Shown in pieces: positions 47,338 to 55,999 of a stretch of 64,000 nucleotides of DNA. How positions within the stretch are numbered: the stretch's first letter is position 1; every line of letters begins with the position of its first letter. The position numbers and the translations under genes were made by a program. The notes under the pieces are model-generated. The model was not told where the DNA came from, made no database searches, and saw nothing but the letters and a program-made list of their open reading frames with translations. The DNA comes from Planctomycetota bacterium (GTDB lineage: Bacteria; Planctomycetota; GCA-002687715; CAIWVZ01): contig JBGANV010000001.1 of NCBI GenBank assembly GCA_044222185.1, positions 1,056,001 through 1,120,000 on the forward strand, given 5' to 3'.

Positions 47338-48627
47338 CTACCCGCTCTCTTCCTGTGCAGGCTCCCGCGCCCGGGCATTCCTGCGCTTGGGAAGCTCATC
47401 GATGGCTTGTTCCCGGGCCCGCTGGGAGGCCTCCTCGATGTTCAGCCCGAAGCAATCCGCTGCGACGGGCAGAATACGCTCCGCGTGTCCCGGGTCGACG
47501 ATCCCGAACGCCAGGTCGAGCACGAGGGCCCGGAGCTCGCGCGGCTTCAGCTCCTCGAGGCTCGCTCGCGCGACGGGCGATGGGATCCCCCATTGCGCGA
47601 GGACCTCGATCGCCGAGGGAGCCGTCGAAAGGCAAAGCGCGAGCGCCACCCAGAACTCGTCCGTGAGTGGCTTCCCTGCGTCCACGCTCTGGACCGCCTG
47701 GTCTCTCACGATCTCGAAGGTGCGGCGCTGCGTGGAGTGCCGCAGATGCGTGCGCCGCTGCGATGGCGTCAACGTCGGGCGCCGTGGAGTCCTGGTCGGC
47801 TCCTGCGCCGATCCCGAGACCCTCAGCGTCTCCGCCGCGGTCTTCGCCGCGTAGCAGACCGGGTCCACGCAGAGATTGTGGCCCTGCTCAGCGTCGAACA
47901 GCGAGAAGATCCGGTCCGCCCGCTTCGGGCACGAGCTGCACGGCCCCACGCCGGGCGTGATGTCGTCCTTCTCCGTGTCGAACGTGGCGTCATCGAGGGG
48001 CTTCAGGACGTTCCGCCGGATCCGCTGGCTCGCATCCGCGACGGAGACGGGTTCGCCGGACGAGACGACCTCGCCGAGAACCAGGCGCTGACCGTCCTCG
48101 GTCGGCATCCGGGCGACCAGCAGCGCGACTGCTGCGGTCATCCTGCCGGCCAGGAACGGTGGCCGCGCGTCCTCGATCAGCGACGTGAGCTGCAGCCGGC
48201 GGAAGACGTAGGCCCGCGACTTCGCCACCATCGCCGCGATCTCGTCGACGGACTTGCCGTGCTCCTCGCGGAGGATTCGGTAGCTCCGCGCCTCGTCGAG
48301 CGGATGGAGCTCATCCCGCTGCAGGTTCTCGGTCACCTGCACGGCGAGGACAGCGTCGGGAGCGTGGCGCGGCCAGACATCGCACGGAACCAGGGTCAGG
48401 CCGGCCTGCCGGGCCGCCATCCAGCGACGCTCGCCCGCGATGATGTCCCAGGCGTCGCCTCGACCCTCCGCCGGCTGCACGATGATGGGGCTGATCACGC
48501 CGAGCTTCGCGATGCTGCGCGCGAGCTCGGTGATCGATGCGGCATCGATGTATCGCCGCGGATTTCCGGTCGACGGCGCGAGCGCATCGACCGGCAGCAT
48601 GGTGATCTGACGATCGTCCACGGTCAC
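47338..48627 (-). CDS. ParB/RepB/Spo0J-family protein
   Basis: NPRR, ELARSI, IIAGERRWMAA, ENLQRDELHPLDEA; Cys cluster CSSCPKR...CVDPVC. Confidence 0.9.
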   Translation of the reverse strand: MTVDDRQITMLPVDALAPSTGNPRRYIDAASITELARSIAKLGVISPIIVQPAEGRGDAWDIIAGERRWMAARQAGLTLVPCDVWPRHAPDAVLAVQVTENLQRDELHPLDEARSYRILREEHGKSVDEIAAMVAKSRAYVFRRLQLTSLIEDARPPFLAGRMTAAVALLVARMPTEDGQRLVLGEVVSSGEPVSVADASQRIRRNVLKPLDDATFDTEKDDITPGVGPCSSCPKRADRIFSLFDAEQGHNLCVDPVCYAAKTAAETLRVSGSAQEPTRTPRRPTLTPSQRRTHLRHSTQRRTFEIVRDQAVQSVDAGKPLTDEFWVALALCLSTAPSAIEVLAQWGIPSPVARASLEELKPRELRALVLDLAFGIVDPGHAERILPVAADCFGLNIEEASQRAREQAIDELPKRRNARAREPAQEESG

Positions 48628-49133
48628 GCCTCCGCGGGAACTTCGTTTGGGACGTCCGCGGCCTGCGCGATCTCCGGAGCGGGCGCCGACGGGGGCGGCG
48701 GCTGCGGGACCGCGGCACCCTGCTCGGGCGGATCGGTCGGCGGCTTCAGAAGCTCTTGGATGATCCCGACCCGCCGGAGCACGAACCCCTTTGCCAGCCG
48801 GTGAGCCTTGTCTGCGATGACGAGCCCGGTGTACTCGTCGAGGAGTTCCTCTGGACACTGCTTCGGCAGCTTCATGACGGACTTGTCACGCTTATCCGCG
48901 GGCTTCTCGAACTCGTCCGCGAGCAGCTTTGCGCGCCGCCCGTCGTAGAACCGAGACGCCTTGCGGCGCGCGTCCGACAGTTCAGACGGCGTGCACATGA
49001 GGGCGTGCCCAGCGTTCTCCGCGAGCAGCCTGATCTCCCCCGTCAACTCGTACGGAATCGACTCGCGCTCCGACTTCGCTTCCGCCGCCGCGGGGGCTTG
49101 GCCCTGCGGCTCTTCGATCTTCTCTTCGCTCAT
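48624..49133 (-). CDS. Hypothetical phage protein
   Basis: GGGAGGG RBS; coupled to parB. Confidence 0.7.
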   Translation of the reverse strand: MSEEKIEEPQGQAPAAAEAKSERESIPYELTGEIRLLAENAGHALMCTPSELSDARRKASRFYDGRRAKLLADEFEKPADKRDKSVMKLPKQCPEELLDEYTGLVIADKAHRLAKGFVLRRVGIIQELLKPPTDPPEQGAAVPQPPPPSAPAPEIAQAADVPNEVPAEA

Positions 49134-49160
49134 GGTTTCCCTCCCCAGGGAACTCTCGAT

Positions 49161-49382
49161 TCAGCTCGCGACGCCGCACCAGGTCCCGGACGCCTCATTC
49201 GCGGAGTACGGGACGTCCTCCACCAAGTAGGAGTGGACGGCGCCGCCGTCCATGATCCGGTGCACCACCAGATCCGCGTTGTTGCCCTGGCGAACGAGGA
49301 CAACTTGGCCGGGCAAAGTCAGCCGCCCTTCGTCCGTGTCGAGCGTGTACCGAGCCGGCATTCCGATCTTCGCGTTCCACAT
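49161..49382 (-). CDS. Small hypothetical phage protein (73 aa)
   Basis: Start MWNAKIG behind a strong GGAGGT RBS. Confidence 0.65.
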   Translation of the reverse strand: MWNAKIGMPARYTLDTDEGRLTLPGQVVLVRQGNNADLVVHRIMDGGAVHSYLVEDVPYSANEASGTWCGVAS

Positions 49383-49399
49383 GCCGCACCTCCGTTTGA

Positions 49400-49915
49400 G
49401 AGCCTGGGTGTCCACGTTGAGAAAGGTGGAGCCATCCCCGCACCGTGCGGTGACGCGCGCCATGAACACCCAGGCCGAAATAGGCCGACCGCGAGTCTTC
49501 GTCGACGCACCGGTCCAGCCGGTTGTCCGCAACATGCGGAAACCGCTCGCGGTCGATGACGACGGCGGGATTCGAACCCGCCTCGTGCTCACTGCACGCG
49601 GTGACAGGAGCGACCCGTCTCCGGCGGCCGTCCTTTGCCGCTTCGTCGTCGAATGGCCGGGCTTCCACCGACCGCAGCGATTTCTCCTCGCCTCTGCGCA
49701 CGCGCCGATGCGATCTCCATGGCATCACGCGATAGCTGTGCGCTTTCATCGGATCGGCGGCGTCGTCCGCCATGGCGTAACCCGCCGATTGAATAGTGCG
49801 GGTGAGGGTGATCCCCGCGTCGGCGCCCGACTTCCCGGAAGGATTCATCCGGGCATGCCACGCTCTTCCGGTCACTGACCGGCAACCTTCAATGGTGTTT
49901 GATCCAACCAACGAT
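49400..49915 (-). ncRNA. Candidate multi-domain structured non-coding RNA
   Basis: Succession of long stems (49402-49475, 49486-49555, 49558-49650, 49655-49673 and more upstream); mismatches become G-U pairs on the minus strand. Confidence 0.55.
49557..49650 (-). ncRNA. Non-canonical tRNA-like cloverleaf RNA (94 nt)
   Basis: Perfect GACGACG/CGTCGTC acceptor stem + A; GCGGC/GCCGC D-arm with GG; long variable arm; GCGGG-TTCGAAT-CCCGC T-arm; anticodon arm only 4 bp with an 8-nt loop. Confidence 0.7.
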
Positions 49916-49919
49916 CCCG

Positions 49920-50453
49920 TCACCGTGCCGGCTCCGTCGTCGCGATACTTGGATTCGTGGCGCTGACCTTGAGCAGCGTGTCGCGCACCTTCTCGATTGT
50001 GCCGCCAGCGATCGACTTGATTGGGTTGGCAGTCCAGTCCCGCTCAACAAACTGGGCGACCGTCATCACGCCGGCGTCTGCAAGGATTCTTGCCCGCGCC
50101 GGCCCGACGATGCAGTCCAACGCCAGCTGCATCACGTCCCCACCAACCGCCTGGAGCCTTGGCCGCAGTCTCTCGATCAGCGCGGATGTCCTCTCCTCTT
50201 CGCGCTCCCTCCAGAACGCATTGATCTTCTCTCGCTCCTTCCGATCCCTCTCTTCGATCTGCTCGGAGAAGCCGACCTTCATCAGATCTCGAATTTCGGT
50301 GAGGACATATCGGGTGCTCCGCATCTCCTCAAAGACGTTCTCCAGCAGGCCGACGGTGATCATCTGTAGGAACCTCGGATCGCCAGAGGTGATGCGCCCA
50401 CCACCCCAGCCGAAGCATCCGTGTTTCCATTTGACGAACTCGGATTCCGTCAT
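49920..50453 (-). CDS. Hypothetical protein with a C-terminal RNA polymerase alpha-CTD-like domain
   Basis: LDCIVGPARARILADAGVMTVAQFV...IKSIAGGTIEKVRDTL resembles the alpha-CTD pattern. Confidence 0.5.
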   Translation of the reverse strand: MTESEFVKWKHGCFGWGGGRITSGDPRFLQMITVGLLENVFEEMRSTRYVLTEIRDLMKVGFSEQIEERDRKEREKINAFWREREEERTSALIERLRPRLQAVGGDVMQLALDCIVGPARARILADAGVMTVAQFVERDWTANPIKSIAGGTIEKVRDTLLKVSATNPSIATTEPAR

Positions 50454-50620
50454 TTCGCGCTCCCGAACAGTTCCTGCTGCCCATCCATCGTCAGCTCGGC
50501 GTCGACCTCGCGCTCCAGACGCTTCGCCTCGTCGAGCGCAGTCCGGTCCTTCTTGTCGAACCAGCGCTTCTGTGCGTCGCGCAGGCGCTTCACGAGGTCT
50601 CGGAATTCGGCGGTGGTCAT
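50450..50620 (-). CDS. Small helical phage protein ending QQELF
   Basis: ATGA coupling on both sides. Confidence 0.65.
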   Translation of the reverse strand: MTTAEFRDLVKRLRDAQKRWFDKKDRTALDEAKRLEREVDAELTMDGQQELFGSAK

Positions 50621-51018
50621 GCCTGGACCTCGACTTCGAACAGCCCCTGCGCGCCGCGGCACGGGATCGGGGTCGTCAGTGCGCGCGCATTGAACAGGAC
50701 CCACGCAAACCGACCCGCCGAGAAGTCGCCGAAGATCAACTCTCGCCCCGACCAGCACTCAGACTCGACCGGAACGCACCGGTCGATCGTCGCGACCGCA
50801 ACGATGGCGCCGTGAGCCATCGGCGGAAAATCGGCCACCGACTTGAGGATCCTCGCCTCACGAAGCAGCTCGCCGAACATTCCATCGTCGTCCGTCGTCT
50901 TGGACGCGTGGATAGCGATCGGGCCGCGGTACGAGGTCGACCAGCTCCGCGTCTCCACCTTCTTGAGGCCGCACGCAATGAGGTGAGCCCACGGCTGCCA
51001 AATCGAGATGGCTTTCAT
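50617..51018 (-). CDS. ASCH-domain protein
   Basis: MKAISIWQPWAHLIACGLKKVETRSW...YRGPIAIHA...RGAQGLF. Confidence 0.92.
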   Translation of the reverse strand: MKAISIWQPWAHLIACGLKKVETRSWSTSYRGPIAIHASKTTDDDGMFGELLREARILKSVADFPPMAHGAIVAVATIDRCVPVESECWSGRELIFGDFSAGRFAWVLFNARALTTPIPCRGAQGLFEVEVQA

Positions 51019-51230
51019 CGTGGTGTTCCGTTTGCGAACCGCTCGGGCAGCGGCACTCCGAGCACGTGGTTCCGGAAGCGAGCCTCGACCTCCGCGTCAG
51101 ACGTCGTCTTCTTGACGCACGCATAGCACATGATCGCGCCGCCGCGCCCGTATGGGCGCAGCTCCTTGATCTCTCCGCAGCCATCGCACTGCTGCGGTCC
51201 CTCGGTGGCCACGAACCCTCGCCCGCTCAC
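51015..51230 (-). CDS. Small zinc-finger phage protein
   Basis: CDGC...ELRPYG...CYAC. Confidence 0.7.
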   Translation of the reverse strand: MSGRGFVATEGPQQCDGCGEIKELRPYGRGGAIMCYACVKKTTSDAEVEARFRNHVLGVPLPERFANGTPR

Positions 51231-51820
51231 GCGACGACTCCGACCATCATCGCCTCGCAGATGAGCGCGCACGTCCTCACGTCCGCGAGCGCATCATGCG
51301 CCTGCCCCATCGTCGCGACGCCGAAGTACCTCGCGAGCGTCTCCAGCTGGAAGTTGGCCGGCAGTGCGATCCCGCGCTCGGTGAACCACCAGATCGATCG
51401 CTGGTAGGTGTCGAGCGGGTACCACCAGCACCCAGGCCAGAAGGCGCCGTTCAGCGCCTTGTCCATCATCGTGCGCAGACGTGGACCGTCGAAGCTCGCG
51501 AAGTTGTGACCCGCAAGGCGACACGCGATGTATGGGTTGCCGCGCTTCGAGACGAGCTGCATCCGCGCGTGCCGCTTCAGGAAGACCTGGAACTCGAGGG
51601 CGACGTCTCCCTCTGGCTTCGCGTCCTTCCACCTCTCCGCCGTGTACCCGTTGAGCTTCAATGCCTCGGGGTCGCAGGCCTGCGGCGCGAACTGGATCTT
51701 CCGCTCGAACGCGTCGACCTCCTGCCAGTTCTCGACCGCGATAGCGGCGATCTGGATGTTCGGATGGCGGTCCTCGACCCCGCCGGTCTCGAAGTCCACG
51801 AAGACGGTTCGGTCCTTCAC
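51227..51820 (-). CDS. DEDDh 3'-5' exonuclease (DnaQ-like)
   Basis: VDFETGG, GHNFASFD, LDT, HDALADV. Confidence 0.92.
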   Translation of the reverse strand: MKDRTVFVDFETGGVEDRHPNIQIAAIAVENWQEVDAFERKIQFAPQACDPEALKLNGYTAERWKDAKPEGDVALEFQVFLKRHARMQLVSKRGNPYIACRLAGHNFASFDGPRLRTMMDKALNGAFWPGCWWYPLDTYQRSIWWFTERGIALPANFQLETLARYFGVATMGQAHDALADVRTCALICEAMMVGVVA

Positions 51821-52057
51821 TTCTTCGCTCGCTTCCTCGGGTGGCTTCGCGCCGCCCGCTTGCGTCGACCGTTCGCCTCTCGGACGAAATTGAACGAGGT
51901 TCCCGATTTCTCCTTGCGGAGCATCGACTCGATCGCGACTGGGTCTGACTTGATGAACTGCCCGCTCACTTCTCGTCCCTCACGATGAACTCCCCGCGGC
52001 ACTCAAGGCGCGCGCGGATGATCTCGATGATCAGCGCCGCTTCTGGGTCCGGCTCGC

Positions 52058-52540
52058 TCACGACGCCTTGCGCGGCTTCGCCTCACGCGGCGCGCGCGGC
52101 TTGCGTGGCTTTCGCGCCTTCTTCGTCGTCGTTGCGGCCGGGAGCAGTTTCACGTCACCGGGTTCGCCCGATGCGGGAAGCTGAACGGTGTCCATTCCGC
52201 TCGGGAGCGCGTCGACGACCTTCGGCCGCCGCTCGCGTTGCTTCTCCTTCGCCATCGCCGCAGCCTCTTCCTTGAAGAGGGGGACGTCCTTGGGGTCCGG
52301 AACGCGGTCGGCGTGCAGGCGCTCCGTCATGCACGCGGTGATGTCCTCGCGAAGCCCTGTCTGGACCTCCTTGCCGACATCGACGATCGACTTGTGGGGC
52401 GCGATCTCCTCCTCAATCAGGGCGATCGTGTGTTCCCGGTCGATCACCTCCTCGTCGGTCTTTGGAGTCCCAGGCGGGATCTGCACGACGAGCCGGCCGA
52501 TGGTCACCTGCATTCCTCGGGTTTTGCCGTACTTGCTCAC
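52058..52540 (-). CDS. Hypothetical phage protein
   Basis: GTGA-coupled ORF with a basic tail. Confidence 0.65.
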   Translation of the reverse strand: MSKYGKTRGMQVTIGRLVVQIPPGTPKTDEEVIDREHTIALIEEEIAPHKSIVDVGKEVQTGLREDITACMTERLHADRVPDPKDVPLFKEEAAAMAKEKQRERRPKVVDALPSGMDTVQLPASGEPGDVKLLPAATTTKKARKPRKPRAPREAKPRKAS

Positions 52541-53700
52541 GTGGTCACCTCTGCTTCCTTCAGCTTGTGCTCGCGAACCGACGTCGAACGCTTCTTCGTG
52601 GTCCCGTTCAGGGACTCGATCTCGCCCAGGACCTCCCGCTCGAGCTGGGAGATCTTCGCGCCGGTGTTCTGCGCGACGGCGCGCATGGCGCGGTTGATCG
52701 ATGCCTTCGACACGTCGAAGGTCACCGCCTTGTCGGCGATCTCATCGCCGAACTTCTTGCGGATGACGTGAAACGCCACTCCGCCATCGATGATCGTGGT
52801 CTCGCGCTCGCAGGGGCCGAGGCACGAACCGTGGCCGAGGTCGATCGGGGTCGACAGCGCGTACGTGCGCAGCGCCTCGTCGATGCGGTCGGTCGCCATC
52901 TTCAGAGCCTTCAGCGCATGCCATGCGCGCGCGGCCGTCTCGGGCGTCAGCTGGCCGGCGACGATCTCGACCGCATCCCCTGGCTTCTCCGCCAGGGCGC
53001 GCACGAGGTTCGTCTGGGCCGGGCACCACGCGAACGCCGGGCAGTAGCGGCAGTGCGCTCCCGTCGTGAGCTGCTTCGCGCCAGTCCCGATCTTCCCGAG
53101 CAGCTCGGCGAGCTCGCCGGCGAACATGTCGAGGTCGAACGCCTCGATCGTCTCCTGGTCCGCCCAGACCGTTCCGTCGTCCTTGATTCGGACGATCGCG
53201 ATGTGGGCCCGGGAACGGCCGTACGCGAGGCACGCGCAGAGCGCGTAGAAGCGCAGCTGCCAGTTGCGTCGCACAGGGGCGATGTCCGCCCAGCCCGTCT
53301 TGTAGTCGGCGATGACAACCGAATCGACCGTCAGGCCGACCACGTCGGCAGTCCCTGGGATCTCGCCCGGGGCGAGCGTGGCGTAGGCCTCCCGCCGGCT
53401 GAGGCCGCGCCCGATCTCACGGGCCGTGCCAGCAGCCGGGTCGTACGCGAACGCGACCTCCGCGGCGTAGGCGCCAGGGTCGCACGCGGGCAGGCGCCCG
53501 ACGTCGATCGCGGCGCAGGCCGGGCGGTGCTCCGAAGGCACTCGGGCGAGGGCCTCGTCGCGGCCGGCGCTGGTCACGTCCGCGAGGAACGCGTGAACCG
53601 CGGACCCGCGCTCGGAGTACTCCCCGATCGAATCCGCCTGGGGCATCGACACCGACGCCGGGCAGACCGAGATCCGCTGAAGGGATGAGGCGGAAATCAC
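52537..53700 (-). CDS. PD-(D/E)xK exonuclease (RecB/Cas4-like), RecT partner
   Basis: SASSLQRISVCPAS, RGSAVH, GTADVV...IADYKTG, QLRFYA, HCRYCP...CP. Confidence 0.85.
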   Translation of the reverse strand: MISASSLQRISVCPASVSMPQADSIGEYSERGSAVHAFLADVTSAGRDEALARVPSEHRPACAAIDVGRLPACDPGAYAAEVAFAYDPAAGTAREIGRGLSRREAYATLAPGEIPGTADVVGLTVDSVVIADYKTGWADIAPVRRNWQLRFYALCACLAYGRSRAHIAIVRIKDDGTVWADQETIEAFDLDMFAGELAELLGKIGTGAKQLTTGAHCRYCPAFAWCPAQTNLVRALAEKPGDAVEIVAGQLTPETAARAWHALKALKMATDRIDEALRTYALSTPIDLGHGSCLGPCERETTIIDGGVAFHVIRKKFGDEIADKAVTFDVSKASINRAMRAVAQNTGAKISQLEREVLGEIESLNGTTKKRSTSVREHKLKEAEVTT

Positions 53701-54728
53701 TTCGCACCGCCCTTCAGTGCGGTCTTCTTCTCCATGTAGGCGCGGCTGGCGTCGGCCTTGAGCGCATCCGGCAGCTTCGCAGCTTCGGCGGCCGCGGCCT
53801 TCAGGTCGCCGTCCGTCTTCGCCGCGGCGATCAGATCGAGGACTCGGCGAAGTTCAGGCGGGGTGCCGTCATCCTCGGGCTGGCTCGCTTCGGCGGCAAA
53901 GTCGGTGTGCTCGTCGATCGTCTGCGCCGGGGCCGGTGATGCCGCGGTTGCGGACTGGATGTCGGCGGCGACCATCGACGGCGGCGGCATATCGCCCACG
54001 TCACCGGAGGCATCCACATCGATGACGCGCTCCATCGCGGGTGTCGTCTTGAGCCACTTGTAGAGCGCGCGAACGGCCGTCTTGCAGCACATCTCGGCCG
54101 AGCTGGTGTTCCACGGGTTGTCGTCGCGTTCGTTGAACGTGTGCTGTGGACGCTTGGCGTGGATCTCGTCGACGCTGAGGTATCGGAACACCGGACGCCC
54201 CGTCACCGGGTGCGCGACGGCGTAGGCGCCAACGATCTCGCCGCGCGAACCCATCGCCGGGATGTGCCGCAGCGACGACTCCGTCCCGAGGCGGATCTGG
54301 AAGTCGTCGGCAGCGTGAACGCAGTGCGCCTCGATCCCGCTGTAGAACCCGGAATCGAGGGCGATGTCGATCAGCCCCTTGTAGTCCGGGATCAGCGTCA
54401 CCTTTCCCTTGAACGGGACCAAGTGCGCGCGTCCGCCGGGACCACCTGTGCAGGACAGCCCGAGCTCCGCACAGTTCATGACGGCCGCGTAGAGCGTGGT
54501 GCGGTCGCAGTTGAGCAGGTCTGGATTGCGAACGCACGCCATCACCACCATGCGCGCGAACCGCTTCGGATCCCCAAGCTTCGGCGGAAGCAGTGAAGCG
54601 ATCTGCGTCAACTTCGCGGAGAGTTCCTGTTCGAGCTGCCGGACCTGAACGGAACGCTGTTCGTCTGGCTTCACCACTGCCGAGCCGGTGGACCTGTTCG
54701 CGAACGGACGTGTTGCTGGTGCGTTCAT
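53697..54728 (-). CDS. recT: RecT-family single-strand annealing protein
   Basis: CAELGL, AHLVPF, YKGLID, GAYAVA, EMCCKTAVR. Confidence 0.92.
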   Translation of the reverse strand: MNAPATRPFANRSTGSAVVKPDEQRSVQVRQLEQELSAKLTQIASLLPPKLGDPKRFARMVVMACVRNPDLLNCDRTTLYAAVMNCAELGLSCTGGPGGRAHLVPFKGKVTLIPDYKGLIDIALDSGFYSGIEAHCVHAADDFQIRLGTESSLRHIPAMGSRGEIVGAYAVAHPVTGRPVFRYLSVDEIHAKRPQHTFNERDDNPWNTSSAEMCCKTAVRALYKWLKTTPAMERVIDVDASGDVGDMPPPSMVAADIQSATAASPAPAQTIDEHTDFAAEASQPEDDGTPPELRRVLDLIAAAKTDGDLKAAAAEAAKLPDALKADASRAYMEKKTALKGGAK

Positions 54729-55447
54729 CGCGCTCTCTTTTCTGCGACGCTCTGCGTCGGGAAGAATCGGACGCCGTCCGGCGCCGATGCCCCGGATTTC
54801 CCGAGGCGGGCCATCTGGTTGAGCTTCGTCATGTCCGCCTGGACAAGGACGATCGTCGGGTGCGCGATCTGCCACCGGCAGAGCGCCAGGATGTCGGTCA
54901 GCTCGGCGGACCACGTCTCGCGAAGCTGGATCGGAGCCGCCTTCGGAACCACCGGCGGCGGGACGTAGCGAGCGACCTCGACGCGAGGAGCCTCGATCAC
55001 GATCGGCTCCGCGCGGACCGCGTCGGCCTCCATGGCCTGGCCTGCGTCCTCGAGCATCGCGGCCGTCGCCGCCTGCTCCTCGCGAGCCTTCTGTTCTGCG
55101 GCTTCGCGCTCTGCCCGTGCGCGGGCTTCAGCCTCTCGCTGGAGGCGGGCCTGCTCCTCGCGGGCCTTCCTGGCCTGCTCCCGCTGGTAGTCCTTGATCT
55201 GCTCGTCGATCGTCTCAACGATCGCCTGAAGCGGATCGAGGTAGCTGCGCTCCTGCGCGAGAGTCTGCCGCTTCGCCTCGTCCTGCGCCTGCTTGATCGG
55301 CTTGAACGTCTCCGTGACCTGCCGGATCAGCGCCTTCGCTTCGCTCCGAATGTTCGCGGCGGCCGTCAGCGAGGCGTCGTCGGTCACGACGATCGAGCCG
55401 GCTCGCTCGCGCAGGGTCGTCTGCTGTGTCGCGAGCTCGGTGGTCAT
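54725..55447 (-). CDS. Coiled-coil phage protein upstream of recT
   Basis: Long E/A/R-rich coiled coil, LRETWSAE, PDGVRFF. Confidence 0.75.
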   Translation of the reverse strand: MTTELATQQTTLRERAGSIVVTDDASLTAAANIRSEAKALIRQVTETFKPIKQAQDEAKRQTLAQERSYLDPLQAIVETIDEQIKDYQREQARKAREEQARLQREAEARARAEREAAEQKAREEQAATAAMLEDAGQAMEADAVRAEPIVIEAPRVEVARYVPPPVVPKAAPIQLRETWSAELTDILALCRWQIAHPTIVLVQADMTKLNQMARLGKSGASAPDGVRFFPTQSVAEKRAR

Positions 55448-55575
55448 GGCTTCCACGGGGCCCGCTTTCGCGCGTACGCATCGGCGAAGAACCGCAGGAT
55501 GAAGCGGCCCGTGAGGTAGAGGCTGATGAAGATGAGGCCGCAGGCGGCCAGGGGTTGGGCAGCAGGGGACATCAC
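55444..55575 (-). CDS. Small single-TM peptide (43 aa)
   Basis: LAACGLIFISLYLTGRFILRFF; overlaps both neighbours by 4 nt. Confidence 0.5.
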   Translation of the reverse strand: MMSPAAQPLAACGLIFISLYLTGRFILRFFADAYARKRAPWKP

Positions 55576-55934
55576 GCACCGCCCTTCATCGAGGCCAGCG
55601 CGCGTCGCGCGTCGTCATCCGCGATCACCCGCGCCCGGATCTCAGCCAGGAGCGCCGTCATCAGATCCGTGTGGCGATCCGCCCACTCGTTGAGCTTCGT
55701 TTCGGTCGTCGGCGCCGTCACCGCCGAGACCACGAGCATGTGGCGAGCCTCCGCGATCCGCACATCCGCGCGAGCCTGCCGCTCGCGGGCCGATGTCAGT
55801 CGGTCAAACGCCGGCGGCACGATGTCCGGCGCCCGCTCCAGCATCCCGCTCGGGCGGTCGTAGGCGCGGTCCAGCGCCAGCTCCTGGTAGCCGGGCGGCG
55901 CGTCGAAGTTGATCGGCGGACGTTCTGGTGTCAT
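55572..55934 (-). CDS. Hypothetical phage protein
   Basis: AAGGAG RBS. Confidence 0.65.
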   Translation of the reverse strand: MTPERPPINFDAPPGYQELALDRAYDRPSGMLERAPDIVPPAFDRLTSARERQARADVRIAEARHMLVVSAVTAPTTETKLNEWADRHTDLMTALLAEIRARVIADDDARRALASMKGGA

Positions 55935-55999
55935 CGTTGCGCTCCTTCATCTGCGCGCGTCGGTTTCCGTCGCTGGGGCCGGCGCGCGACTTTTTTGGG

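Noticed and set aside
45708-47399. 563-aa RusA fusion
   Set aside because: The extension overlaps the initiator gene in another frame; RusA starts at the GTGA overlap at 46208
17251-48627. ParA-ParB plasmid partition system
   Set aside because: Genes are 29 kb apart in different modules and I found no parS-like repeats
49195-49923. 242-aa ORF across the structured region
   Set aside because: Composition is not protein-like and it overlaps the well-supported 49161-49382 gene; not fully excluded because it begins with a GTGA overlap
52537-53700. Cas4/CRISPR system
   Set aside because: No array or other cas genes seen; adjacency to recT indicates a phage recombination exonuclease
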